DNA of 62,717 bases, filler included, from Diploschistes diacapsis (lineage: Eukaryota), in assembly GCA_023645945.1 (NCBI GenBank). It is 14 parts of 14 records of this genome, joined end to end, with 100 filler letters (N's around TTAATTAATTAA, not from the genome) between each part and the next. Parts side by side here need not be neighbours in the genome. Positions count along the whole stretch, not along the records: positions 25,924 to 51,322 come from JALAIB010000209.1; 13 more parts are not named here. The stretch is one strand, 5' to 3'. Below are positions 25,924 through 38,863 of the stretch, piece after piece; position 1 is the stretch's first letter; every line of letters starts with the position of its first letter. The notes under the pieces were generated by a model, which made no database searches, was not told where the DNA came from, and worked only from the letters and a program-made list of their open reading frames with translations. The translations under genes were made by a program, and so were the position numbers.

Positions 25924-27672
25924 GTTCGGGCCTGGCGGGGGCTCGGCGGGGAAGCGGCGTTGGTGTGGTGCTGCGGTTGGTTGTTCGGGAGACGATGCTT
26001 CTTCCTCGGGCTTGGGCGCGGGATCGGGACCGGTGGGCACGTGGGCGGCGACGGCGGTGCCGGGCTCCTCGTCCAGCCGCACGACCTTCAGCGTCAGGCG
26101 GACCAGCCGCGACCCCAGGCTGTTCGCGTCTTCGTGGCGCAGCGCCTCCCGGCTCGGCTGCAGCGACGAAGGTCGCACCACGGCCGGGCTCCCGTGTGCT
26201 GCGCAGAGTGTTCCGTACCGTGGCTGCTGGGCCGCCACGCGCTCCTCGGCTCTGTTTTCTTCCTCGATGCTGCCTCGAGCTTCGGCGAAGGCCGACTCGA
26301 GCTCCGCTCTGACTCGGGAGAGGTAGTATAATTCTGCGTTTTCTCTTTCCTGGGGCGTGATGGCGGAGTAGTTGAGGGATTCTAGGCCCGGCAAGCGCGC
26401 GAGGGTGAGCATGTGCGCTTCGTCCGACTTGTGGAGGGTGTAGAAGGGATTGTTAGAGACGCGGAGGGATGTGAGGCGGGGGAAGGAAGAGGGGAGGGCG
26501 TCGAGCTCCTGGAAGGTTGGGAGGAGGTTGGAGGAGAGGTCGAGGTGGGTGAGGAGTGGAAAGGAACGGGACAGAGAAGGAAGAGTCGAGATGGAGCAGG
26601 AGGCGAGGGAGAGGGAGGTCAGCTTCGTAAGGGAATGGAGGGCGCTAATGGATGAGAGGGTGCCAAGAGGGTTGAAGGATAAAGAGATGCTTTTTAGCGG
26701 AAGGGACGGAAGGGCGGTCAGGGGGTGGGAGAGGTTATTGGTCTTGAAGGAGAGCGTCTGAAGGGCGGAAAAGGAGGGGAGAAGAGATGTAAGCTGAAGG
26801 TGAATAAGTAAGCTGGTTGAGAGAATGTGGGTTTACATAACGTACTTCAGGCCATGTGATGAAGGTTGAGTCAAGCATGAGTTCTTGGACGCCTTCGAAT
26901 GCCTCCTGGACTATGGCAGGGTTGAAACCGTGCAGGTCAAGGTCATGAATTCGGTTTTCGCTAAGAAGGCAGTCAAAGATTGCACTTGGTGAACAATCAA
27001 GGAGATGTACCTCAAAACTAGTCGCCGTAGATCATGCAGAGCCTTGCATATCCCTACAACATCGACCCATCGCTCGATAAGATTCCGGCTCAGATCCAGC
27101 TCTCGGATCTTCGGACACGTAACTGCAATGTCATTTAGGGACGCCTGCCACTTTTCGCTCTGGATGTCTGGTACAGATGACGGTCCTTGCGGTCCAGTCA
27201 CCCGCATGCCATCGAGAATGACGATACGTAACTCCTGTAGGATAGCTTGCTGCTGCCTGATCTTCTCAAATCCGACCTCTTCGACGAGCTTGCCACTGAA
27301 CTCAATCGGGTTGTCTTCCTGGTGGCCAGCAGGGGCATCATCCGGCGCATACTTCTGCCTTAATGCATCAAGGAAGCTCAGTGCTGGATCCGCCGGACGA
27401 GAAGGCCGTACGAACGATGCTGCCGTCGAGTTAGGACTTAGGCCTAAGGCAAAGCTTCAGTATGCCGTAGATTAAAGGGTGAGATTGCGGGTGTCACATT
27501 TGAAGTATTGAATGCCGTTGTGCTCTCCAGCGTGTTTCCCTAGCTTTGGATCATCCCATTCCACTCCGAGCCATTCACCTTTGGTGCCGGCTACAGATCC
27601 GATGAACCGGATTGTGCAAAGCGCGGAGGAATAAGATATACGCTGCCCGATGTGAAAGCCCGAGGTAGACAT
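25924..27672 (-). CDS. TBCE: Tubulin-folding cofactor E (CAP-Gly + LRR); exons 27672-27498, 27443-27011, 26960-26846 and 26793->25924
   Basis: CAP-Gly WLGVEWDDPKLGKHAGEHNG; LRRs (ELDLSRNLI); LARLPGLESLNYSAITPQERENAELYYL; three canonical introns. Confidence 0.93.
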
Positions 27673-28394
27673 TCTGTAAGATTGAGAAGAAATGAAAGCA
27701 TTTGCGTTACCAAACAGGGTCCGTTCCTATAGCTGGTCCCAACTCTATATGTGCAGAGTGTGTTTTGCTGCTGCCTGCCGGCACTGAGCCATTTACGCTT
27801 GCGGCCGCTCTCATAACATAGGAGTTTCTTCGTGGATACTGTTAGCTCTTCCTTTTATTGTATCCACTTTAACAAGACGCTTGTAGTGAATATCCATTCA
27901 ATGATGACAGGATCCAGGATCTTTTTATCACCAATTACCACTGGGCCGTCCTCGCCCTCTGCAGAAAGGGGGCCTACGTCTCTTAAAAGCACCTCTGACT
28001 TCGAAACGTCACAGTTGCGTTGAATAGATAAACGTAGAGTCATAAGGTAATTCATTGTTATCACTAACCTGCAGTCCCCTCTCTTGTTCGGACTTTAGCA
28101 CAAGATGAGTGCCCTATGATGCGCCAATCATGGAAGTATCCGCGGCAACATCATGTTGGGCGGTCATGTTTCCAAAGATAGAAGATGACATCCCACTGCT
28201 AAAGCCGGTTGTACGCGAATGATTGCGATGGCCAAAAGGAGGCGCCTGAATCTGTTCGTAGGAAAGGAAGCGGTTCTAGGAATGGAAGGAATAAGACCTC
28301 GGGATGAGATACTTGTCGATCTGATAAGAAGCTCGAGTTTCCCCTACTTGACTCCTTTCCGCCATTTTTGGGCATTTCAAGTCGTTCTATCACA

Positions 28395-30559
28395 TCATGT
28401 CTGGGCATCCAACAGTAAGACCGTCCAATCGAACTTATCCCACCATTTCTTGAACCCTGCAACTCTCTGATCACCCCTAACCCACGACCCTTGCTTCCTG
28501 ACCACCGCTCCATCTATCCCCAGCATCCCGCCTAGCACCTCTCTGGCAAACCCATCTCCCCTCGGCCACCTCTGCTCGTCCTCCACCACATGCCCCAACC
28601 CCCCATCGACTCCAAACCAGACATGGAAATAAGGCATCTCTTTTGCCAAACTTCTCCGAAACGCCATTCTCCCCATTCCCTTCTCCCTGGCGGCGGCTTC
28701 GGTATCAATGAGTTTCCTGTGTTGGGACCATTCAAGGGCTGAAGAGAGGATGGCTTCGCGGAAAAAGGCGGGGGATTGGTTGTGCAGATACGGGGCCAGA
28801 GGGATCGCGAAGAGGGCAGCATGCGGGTGTCGGTGCGGCCGCGAAGCGTTTTCGTAGAAAATGGGCACGAGGCGCTGGGCGGTATACATGCGTATGAGTG
28901 ACTTCATGAAATTCTAAAGAGGTATGAAAGGTTAGCATGAATTCAGATGGAAGACAGCAGAGGGTTAGTAAATAGATAAAGGGTGAGAACATACTCGGAT
29001 CTCTTCCCATTCGTCATCATCGCATTCGAGAAGATTGGTGCGGTGCTGAATGGGGACAATGACGGCCCCCTGCTTGGTGAGCTCCGGCTCAGTCGGGAGT
29101 GTAAGGTATACGCGAGTAGCAAGGGAGACAACCGGAGCTGTGGGTGGCTCACCGGTGTCCTCATGGTGGCAGAGCGGACACTTCTCGATGATACGGTTCA
29201 GCTTTTGAAATTCGGTGATGGCATGGCCTTTGAGCTTGTTATCTGATTGATGGACGCGCTTGGCAAGCTTGTTAGCGTTCTCATCCATGTAGTCGAGATT
29301 GTTCTGTACCCGGGTTAGTACATAAATATGCTAACACCGAGAGGAGAGACACATACATCGAATTTGTCATCTTTAGCGATCCTTTCTGCGAGTCGAAGGC
29401 CTTCTCCTCCAGCATGATGCCTTGTTCTACGCTCTTCCCGTACCATATCCGCGATGCTCATGTCTTCATTCTCTTCAACTAAGCCTCTTTCTCGTCCTCG
29501 TTTGTTGTCGACGGACCTCACCTCGCCCTGCCTTCCACCAGCCAACATTCTATTCTCCATTGTGCCAAGGACGACCACGCCGGGATCGTCGGTTGGGATG
29601 AAACCCGATGCTTCTGCATTGTACTTGGCCTCGAGCTTTGCAGCATCTGAAGCACCTCGTAGCTTTGCCTTCATCATTTTGGCCTTTAGTCGATTCAGTT
29701 CCGTTGGACCTATTACTGTTTTTTGCACAGGCTGCTCCGTCTTAGTTTCTTCTATCTGAGCGTTTAATTGATTCATCCCGTCGTCGGCTCCAGACCGCCG
29801 AATCCCTCTCTCCAATTTACGCTCCTGGAAAAGCTCTCCACTTGGCTTCTCCTTGCCCACGTAGCCCTCCCCATAAGTTTCTCGCCGCTCTAGCTCGATC
29901 TCTTCTTCTCGCGCATCGTCAAAAATACACAGATCACCATACTGTTGCATAGCTACCTCCTCGATAGGTTGCCCAGTCTCCTCAGCTTTTCTGTAAACGC
30001 TCTTAAGCTTTGTCATTCGCCACTGTGATCCAGCATCGCCAAAAAGATACTCGACACCGTGAGACACCGGCTCCTCGGTCAAGCCTTGTTCCGCCTCGTC
30101 TTCCGCAGAATCCCGAATATGATGCTTGTTAAGTTCGCTGTCGTGGAGTTTCCGCTCAAAGTCCGCTTTGGCACCTTGCGCCGGAGGCTGTTTCGAAATA
30201 TCGTCTCTTTGATGTACGACTTTGACATCCAGCGCAGAAGGAGCTTCCATCCATGAGTCGCGCTTCAGAGCTATAGGGCGCTCAGTAGAATTCTCATCTT
30301 CCGCTGCAACGTTTCCTGCTTGTTCTTGGTCCGGCTCTTTATGCTCGGCTCGGTGTTTGTGCCTCTTATGGCTGTCGTCTTCCTGATCATAGGATCTTCT
30401 CCTTCTCTTATGCCGATGCCTGTCTTCATCTTCATTGTGGTGAGAGCGATGGTGATGGTGTCGGTGCTCCCTACGTTTACGATGCGACTTTTCTTGTCGC
30501 TCATCTTGCTCTGCGCGCTTGGCATCTGCTAAAGACTTTTCAAAATCCTCTAGAGCCAT
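28395..30559 (-). CDS. CWF19: Spliceosome-associated Cwf19 (CWF19L2) protein; exons 30559-29357, 29303-28995 and 28913-28395
   Basis: GDAGSQWRMTKLK, CPLCHHED, and CwfJ C-terminal motifs WSQHRKLIDT, MPYFHVWF, GGLGHVVED and WDKFDWT. Confidence 0.94.
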
Positions 30560-32303
30560 GGACCCATGCGCTTTAGGCTCGCCAAATGGATCGCAAACGC
30601 TGAAGCTATTGAGCAATCAGTTCGCAAGGCTGGGCTATGCTCTTCTGGACACGATATCGGTTCAAACTGGCATCGGCAGGGACCGCACTACAAAAGTAGT
30701 TAGGTATCAAATAATAGACTACCTACCAGCTGCGTACTCCAACTGCATACTCCAATGAAGGTTTAACAAATAAAATGTCTACTGCTAAGCCTTCGGGTTT
30801 AAATGGCTTATTTCCGTAGCAAAGCCACATCGTAAGTCATCCTGCTTGTGCGCGAACAAGATTCCTGACATTTTATAGTGAAACCGGAGGTGAGCCGTGG
30901 TCTTTCTGATCTTTCTCAAATTGGCTCCCTGGTATATACTGTGAGTTCCTGGACAAAATGCTGAACTGACTGGTTGTCGTATCCTAGTATCCTAACGTGT
31001 GGCAATTGAGATGAATATCCCTGTTTGGTAGCTTTCGGAGTTAATTTTCTTATCTACGGTTTTTTCCACGCCCACAAACACACTAATCTGCAACTACAAC
31101 TCTCATCAGTATAGGCAGGCCATCTGTCCTATTGCCGACCTTAAATACCGCCAATTAGCTATTCTCGCTTTTGGACTACGTTAATGAACACATATTGGAA
31201 ACAGTGCCGAAACTTTGACAGCTCAATTGGCCAAACCAAAGTTGGAAATGCGAAATCACGAGCCAACCGTCTGAAGCACTTGGCATGGTCGTGTAAGATA
31301 CTGGAGGGCAACTCGACAGCGGTTACCTTGGTACTGGGTGCAACTGCCAGAAAAGACATAAGCTCAGGTAGCAGCTGCGCTCAACCCCTTCTGTTCGCGT
31401 TAGTCGATCGCGGAACATGCAGAATCTTTAATTGTCTTATTGGGTGACTTCAGGACAGATTCCGAAAGCGGTCCCCCATCCTTGCATGATACCTGAAGGC
31501 TTTCGAGTGAGAGGGAAGAGTTGATAGATTGAGATAGACTGGTTCAGCGCAGCAGTTATTCGTAAGCGTTGGTACAATGAAGTGCAACTAGGCAGTCTTG
31601 GTACCAATGTGTATATAACTGGCCTGGTGAGCAAATGTGGGCGATTTGAAGAATATAAGCTTACAACAGGACGAGAACTTATACGAATAGGTATGCACTT
31701 CAGCGCTAAGAGGGTTATCTGCCATACAGATCAGATACCGCATGCATTTTCTCACCATCAGAACCGAGACGTCTCAGTGACCATAGTGCGGACTATCTCG
31801 ATGCCCCAAAAAGGTTAAGAACAACCAATCCTACTCCGGTAAGCACGTGCATGCACAAAGATGGGAGATATTAAAACAGTGTGACCATTAAAACATATGT
31901 AGCCAAACTCAGATTAGGACAAACATCTCACATGCAAGGCCGTCTTATAAGGCCCGTACTCGATCAGCTCTCTGCCATGTTTAACCAGATTCTTCGTAAC
32001 TCCACCCGCCGCTGTGGTGATCTTCCAACTGGGTGAACACCTAGAGTTACTCCACACGTGCCTGGTAACTTGCCCTTTCACACACAAAGGCACGGAGTCA
32101 TGACTCGCAAGTCACCTCTCACCTGAAAGAACAACTTGCACTTGTCAAACTAGAGCGGAAGTGGGTGCCTTGAGCCTACCTTCCATGTCGATAGAGCGTG
32201 AAAGTGCCATCATCTCTGGCTACTGAAGTTATGTTGAAGAGAGCTTGAGGAGTGGTTTTATCTCTTGGCTGTTGTCTTATATGTTGCTCACACGTGCAGG
32301 GAA

Positions 32304-33530
32304 ATGTCCAAGCGGCTGACAATGCTCCAGGAGGAAGGCGACACTATGGATAACATCACAAAGTTTATGGAGGAACCGGAAGGTCTGTCTACTGCGGCGG
32401 TCAATGAGGAACGAGTGGCCGTCCCGGCTGGCAGCAAGAAAAAGAAGAAGAAATCAAAAAAATCAAACGGGTCCGAACCGGCTCCTGGATTCCTAGACTT
32501 GCCACTTGAGCTCCGGTTCCAGATCTATCACGAAGCGCTCCTGTCACACTTGCCCATAGGCTTTGTTGTTGAACCGAATTTCGCGTCCAAGTGCCACGAG
32601 CACTGCGAGATTCAAGGGCCTAAATCACCAGGGCTTGCAATATTCAGGGTGTCCAGAGCGATCAACGTTGAAGCAACTCAGTACTTCTACGGCCATCTCA
32701 AATTCAAGGTCACTGATACACCCTATTGCCAGAAGCAAACCAGTGTCGAAGCCCGAGATTGTCGTGCATTCCACGCCTGCACCGTCATCGACTTTAAGCC
32801 TTTCCTAACAACCATTGGCAGGCGCAACTGTGCCAGTATTCGTCAGCTCAAGATTATGCTTTCTCGAAGGCGTTTCCTTGAGGAAGAGCCTTACCGGCGT
32901 ACTGGTACGTCGACTCTTCCCGGTCCGCAGTTCCTCACAGGTGCACTCGAGCTTCTTGCCGCCAGCAACACTCTCAACTCTCTCGAGATCCATTTCGAAA
33001 ATTACCGCAGTCTCAGCTCGTTTTTCAAATGTAAGCAGATGATGCAGCAGCTACGAGAGTTCAGTGGTATCAATCACGTGAAGCTCACTTTAGAAGAACC
33101 ATATGATCCCTTGCACGAGACGGTTGACGCTCATGCACCTGAGATGCATGAACTCGAAGAGTTTCTCAAAACTCCCCGATCCGCTGTGTGGGGAAAGCTC
33201 TCTAAATGCTTCGAGGGTCACGGCCGTAGTCCATCCAAAGTCGACCGTGAGACTCAAAAGTACAACATCCAGCGTGCTTACACTAAGCAAGCGGTTAAAG
33301 ATATAGAAAGTAGGGAGACCTTCCTCAAGCGTCGCGAGAGAGATCTCAAGAACGAGAGCGCAGCCATCAAGAAAGCTCTCAAGGATACGGCAGCAGACAA
33401 GGCCAAGTTGAGAAAGCAGACAAAGCGCTTGGACGACAGCAACGGAGTTCCAATCGATCCTCATCTACTCGATTTCCCACCCAACAAACGAGAGATCCGA
33501 GGCTTTGGTGAGGACCGTTCTGAGATGTAG
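32304..33530 (+). CDS. Fungal protein with an N-terminal F-box-like (2EXR/DUF7730-type) motif, poly-Lys NLS and C-terminal coiled coil
   Basis: Intact ~408-aa frame with PGFLDLPLELRFQIY, LAIFRVSRAINVEATQYFY and FLTTIGRRNCASIRQL. The true start may lie upstream. Confidence 0.8.
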   Translation: MSKRLTMLQEEGDTMDNITKFMEEPEGLSTAAVNEERVAVPAGSKKKKKKSKKSNGSEPAPGFLDLPLELRFQIYHEALLSHLPIGFVVEPNFASKCHEHCEIQGPKSPGLAIFRVSRAINVEATQYFYGHLKFKVTDTPYCQKQTSVEARDCRAFHACTVIDFKPFLTTIGRRNCASIRQLKIMLSRRRFLEEEPYRRTGTSTLPGPQFLTGALELLAASNTLNSLEIHFENYRSLSSFFKCKQMMQQLREFSGINHVKLTLEEPYDPLHETVDAHAPEMHELEEFLKTPRSAVWGKLSKCFEGHGRSPSKVDRETQKYNIQRAYTKQAVKDIESRETFLKRRERDLKNESAAIKKALKDTAADKAKLRKQTKRLDDSNGVPIDPHLLDFPPNKREIRGFGEDRSEM

Positions 33531-34719
33531 CTCTTGAGTATCCTAACGGATTACAGAACGTTTCTGCGGTCGCCGGCGCTCTCTTGAGCCCTGATACTCA
33601 CCTGGAATCTCAGCTTCCAAAGGAAGGATGGGTAGCGTCTACCATAACATACCGCACATCTTCTGCACCAGTTTGCGTGTTTCTCATCAGCTTCATAACA
33701 CGTAGCTGAGAAGACCGGTTGGGATGGGGCTTGATCATACTGGATGATACTGCTGGCGACTACTTTCGGGCGGCCATTTGCTTAAATTGTTCCGTTAAGA
33801 ACGCCACTATGTCGCATGTTGTAGGTAATCACGAACCTGCAATCAGGTATCCATAGATCCTCGGCCTCTTTCCCACACTGCATTGCCTGTTTGTATGGAA
33901 AATTGCACGCCAGCATAAAGATGGAAGATCATGTAGATTGGTAGCAAGCGCCTCCATTTATTTGGTTAGGAAAGAAATGTACTTACCTCCAAATAATTGG
34001 TATATTACAATCAAGTGAAGAGGAGTCTCTAAGCTGTAACCTCCCTTGCAAACATCAAATAGATTATCGCCTCAGCTCCCCTTACCATGTTCAATATACC
34101 CTCGTAGCTAATCGCTCCAACTTTTACCCCTATATCCACGTAATCATAAATATATACTATCCAGCAATCCAGCTCATGATCATGGAAAAAGTGCTCCAGG
34201 TCGAATGAGCCCAAGCGAGCAAAACAAACGATCAAGTGATTAGTCGTAGTATCGACAAGAGACATCATGGTTTCCCACACACCAGGCTTGCCGCTGCCAT
34301 GGGTCCCAACTACATGCAGTTTTCACCTCGACCCAAAATTCCCCCTTTGGGATCAAAAACCTTAGAGCGCTTCCAGCATGTCCCATTCGGTTCTCAGGTG
34401 GTCATCCTGCATGCTTCCCCCATATCTACCTCGTCTTTCTTTTTTTTTTTTTTTTTCGTATTCTACTGCCTCCTTGTATGCCCCTTTGGCTCGACCTAGG
34501 ATTCGAAGCTGCAAGGCTTGGGTAGCCCTGGACATCGTCGACATGTATGCTGATGGCCCTTCCCCAATTGGCTGGACGGGTATAGCAGAGCGAATAAAAA
34601 GGCAGGCTCGGAGTGCACGCGCAAGGTCTCCGAGCTTGGAAATTGGAGGACCCTGCCGAAGTCCGATAGTTTCGAGAGCTGACGAAGGAGCCTAACATCC
34701 AGCTCGATTTCGAGACAAC

Positions 34720-35620
34720 ATGGCAAGAGGGGGGACAGAACGGGCAAATGAGAGAGGGCTGGTAAGTAAAAAGGCATGGTAAAAGCTACAGAAACAGACA
34801 TTAAGAAGGGGGCGTTGCGGCTCCAAAGTAGGCGTTGGGAAAGAACTCGAACAGGCGCAAGGTACACCGAGCTCTCGTGTCCGGGTTCTATAGAATCTGT
34901 GAAGCCTTTTTTTTGAATAAGCTCGAAACATCCGGACCTTGCCAGAAACATAATTTACTAGATTTAGTAGGATGCAATGGCATGCGAGAATTTTTCACTC
35001 CGTCGCGCCTATAGAAGCTGTAAATGGGTTGAATCATGGCTTCCACCTTAAAAACCATATGGATGTTGAATTTCCATTCAATATCTCGTGGGAACAACAT
35101 ACGAATTTTTTGGTCCTTGTTCTGAGGCATCATAACCGGCCTTCTTCCGAGAGCATCGTAATGAGTCATGAAAGGATTGGGGGTTGTGACGACGAGCCCC
35201 CCTGTTTATGTTCTATAAAACGCCTGGATTTCTCAGTTATATTCGGCATCTTTTCTGTCTCTAAGATCGCTAGTTCAGAATCAAGACGGTGGCTCTACTC
35301 ACACGTTGTATTGTCGATGAGGGACAGGGATTGTATGTATTCCTTCGGTCACTTTCAATGTTCTACTTCTAAATCATTTAAGTCATGCTTCCGGACCCGC
35401 CAAGTATTCGGCGCGCACGGATACTTGTGAATGCAGTGAGCTCACTGATCCATGACCGAGACTACATGGTCGCTCGAGAGATGGCTGCACAGAAGGAAGA
35501 ACAGAGCTAGGAGATGAAGGCCAAAGCGGCAAACGCAAGGGTTCCGGGCTCGAAAAAGAATTTGGATGCGATAGACAAGGAAGTCAACGAGCTGATGAGA
35601 AATGTCACAAACCATGAGTA
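34720..35620 (+). pseudogene. Decayed gene resembling the 32304 F-box-like family
   Basis: KPFF*...PDLARNIIY* near 34900-34960; GIFSVSKIASSESRRWLYSH resembles AIFRVSRAINVEATQYFYGH; a coiled-coil-like tail with stops lies at ~35440-35620. Confidence 0.45.
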
Positions 35621-35755
35621 AAACAGAGACTCATCCGAGAAGCTCAAAGTAGACATTTTCCTAGCTAGAGGTAAGTTATCCTACATCTCCGCTATCCGAA
35701 ACCTTTGTTGGCATAGAGTGTTTCTATGGCGCCGTCGTTATTGTCATCCACGCAT

Positions 35756-36499
35756 CTATAACTTCATACGAAGAGCTGTCAATAGGCCATCGGACCCCAC
35801 TAAAGAAACAGGCCAACCGTTAGAAAGCGACGACATGCTGTACGTACTTCTGAAGCGTAAGCTCCCCCCGTCCACTTGAAAAGGGCTTGGGATTCGCCGG
35901 CCTAGGAGTCTCTCAAACTTGCACTCTTTACGCCTCACACTTCTCTTCTGAATGTTCGGAGGTCTCAGCTGCGCAGCATTATCTCCCGGGAACTGTTCCA
36001 AGACACTCACAGCTGGGCTCGTACGTTCCATACGCCCCAAGACTCTCACACTATGGACCGACATCCACACAGCTCTCAAGTTTAGCAAACTCGTTATGCC
36101 CAAGCATATCTCCATAGCGCTGGACGGAGAGGCCGCTTCTTCAACCAATTCCGATAGCTCACCCGAACTTGAGAGATATGATGCGTAGACGCTGGCTTGC
36201 CCATCCCAGTCAGGAACACGATCGGAGAGTGCACGAATGTCCCAGCAATGATCGAAGGAGGCAATTGTCAAGAAGCTGTCTTCGTAAAAGGCATCCTTTG
36301 CCAGGTTCAATACGTGAGATTTGACAAGGGGGTGATGGTGAAGCGTAGACCCTTAAACTAGTTCCCTCTATCGATGTCCGGTACAGACAAAGGGAGCGCG
36401 GCTTCTGGCAGCACCGGATAATGCCGAGTTGGAGCTCGAGAGGTAAGTCGAGGAAGCTGAAGGGTTGCGAGTGTCTGGGGGGATGGCAGAGGAAGACAT
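35756..36499 (-). pseudogene. F-box-like motif pseudogene
   Basis: The minus strand at ~36467-36415 encodes QPFSFLDLPLELQLGIY. An in-frame TAG and a frameshift follow before ORF 35756-36310. Confidence 0.6.
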
Positions 36500-38863
36500 T
36501 TCGTTTAATCGATCAAGATGTATTGCAGGAACGGACGATCTTTATGGCTCTATGGTCAGTAGGCATGTTAGACACTCATTCCTTACGATGGTTTCACTTT
36601 GATGCGTTCCTCAACTTCTTGATGATGCTCAAACGCAGTTCCAGAGCGACGGTACTCTCTCGCGTGGGTACGGAGACCCGGCGAGTATACTTGGTGAACA
36701 CGTCTGGCATTAAGGAGATCGATCAAGTTACCGTTCATAGTAAATCTCTCGATGAATGTTGGATAGTTGCTTCCTAATAATCCCTGCCTATCAGAAACTG
36801 TTACGTTCCCTTTTGGCTTTCGAACGTGCAGCTACTAGAAAAGCGGCGAATAAACTTAGCATCAAAACATCAATCCTCTTTCAACCCCTCTCGTCAAGGT
36901 CATAGATGCGAAGCCTAGCTTCTGCAGCGGGCGTGGTACTGATAACTTATTCTCAGGTTGTCGCAACGACGACTTGTCCGGATTGCGTCGCTCAGATCGT
37001 TCATCAGCCAAGAATATAATTAATAGATTATCGAAGGCATTCAGCACCTAAGAACTTCAACTGCGATCGGCGGCCCCAACAGGCATGCCCAACGAGCTTT
37101 GCGATGCGCCCAACCCCCATGCCGACATCGTTGCACTCTGGCATTGACGCACTCTAGTGAAGGGCGAAGATCCTAGCTAAACCGCCCCTCATCGCGCAAA
37201 CAAGAGAGTAAGAAAGACGAAACCGCGCACGAATAACAAAAAGGAATGAGAGAACGAGGCCAGTGGGAAAGCTACTACGAAGGTTTCAACTTGTGCGACT
37301 TCACGCAGAACCTCTCCCCCCTTAGACACGAAAGATCCTAAAGTAATCCGCTAGCTCTGAGAGGTACCACCAGCACCAAAAATACTTCTTTTAATTTTTA
37401 ATCGCTCGAAGTAGCTGACTGCATCGTCCTCGGAAAACGACTGTATCGCCAAATGATAGCGAAGACAAGCATAAGGGACGATAAACCAATGCGTATCTAT
37501 CAAGCGTACGAGAGAGAAGTTGAGCTTCAAAGATCGCGGTGACGGGTTTAACCCGACACGTTACTAACAAGAAGGGTTGGTTCCTCGACGAACATGGGGA
37601 AGTATTAACTCGATAAATTGGAACTCACTCTTCGTAGCTCTTCGGAGCCCCTCGAGAGAGAGAGGGGGCAGCGGTTATTGTGACCGTTAATTTTGGTAGA
37701 TTACAGACGACGCTAAGCTCAGTTGCATCGACAATACAACGAAACGCTACTTAAATTTTTACCGCATAGATATCTCACAGGAATTAAAAGCACCTACATG
37801 TTTTCCAGCCAGAGTATATACAATCTTTAAAATCCTTACATTCTATATATTCCGTTTCTTTTCACCCAACTCAATATCGCGCTGCAAGAACGTTTAAAAC
37901 CCAAGTATTAACCAACCTTCTTCTTGTTACTTCAGTCACTAACTAACTGCGGGCACTACTATTATTCTTCTGCCCGCATATTGCGTGTTACACCCGATTA
38001 TTTTGCATACCGCCAAGATAACGGTCAGAAATAACCGGGGGACCTCGACAAGGGCCCTAAAATTTTCCCAGCAGCAGATAGCAATAATAGCACGTTAGAG
38101 GTGAAAAAATTGTCCCGTCCGACCAGGACTCGATTTTGCCCCCCAGCTGGAGCGCAGAGAGCGAATAAAGGGCATAAAATAGTTTATAAACCGACCCGTG
38201 CTGTGAGATGCCCCCCGTTATAGAAAACTTCCCCATCCCGTATCTATCCCAGTGAAAGAGCGGGGAAAGCGTAGAGACAGGTTTATTAGCATAGTAGCCC
38301 AATCAGGATGATTAAGAAAAAGAGCCTTGGTATAATACTTGTTGAGGAAGCTCAAAAGCACAAAAAGAACACCTTAATATCTACTCTGTTTCGTCTACCA
38401 CCCACAGTCTGAAGAAGGATCGGAGATAGGATTGATTCCATATTCTGGTGCCGAAAACCGATTGGGTCTAGTGTTCAAGGGCTCCGGCACAACGAAACAT
38501 CAACAAACCCTTTGCGATAAAAAAAAACACTTTGTTGAAGGATTATCACAACAGCCATGTCTATGAGTTCCCTCGAAAAGTTCTTCTAGCCCGGCTGATG
38601 CCCTCGTCCAGGCCTTTTTCAGCGTCAGAAAATCTTTGCTCCCATGGATCCCATTTTTTGGCACACTGGATCCGATCCATGCTATGCAGGTGGCATACGC
38701 CTAACCGTTGATCCGAACGCGCGAGCCGCTCGACTAGGACAGAAACCCTGGGTGCATTGTTACGGCGACGCCGCTGACTATCATGCCCTTGAATGCCTCA
38801 CTCCAGCCTTCGGGTCGGCCAGAATACTCTCCCGCGGCCTCCCTTCGTTGCACCTAGATCAGT

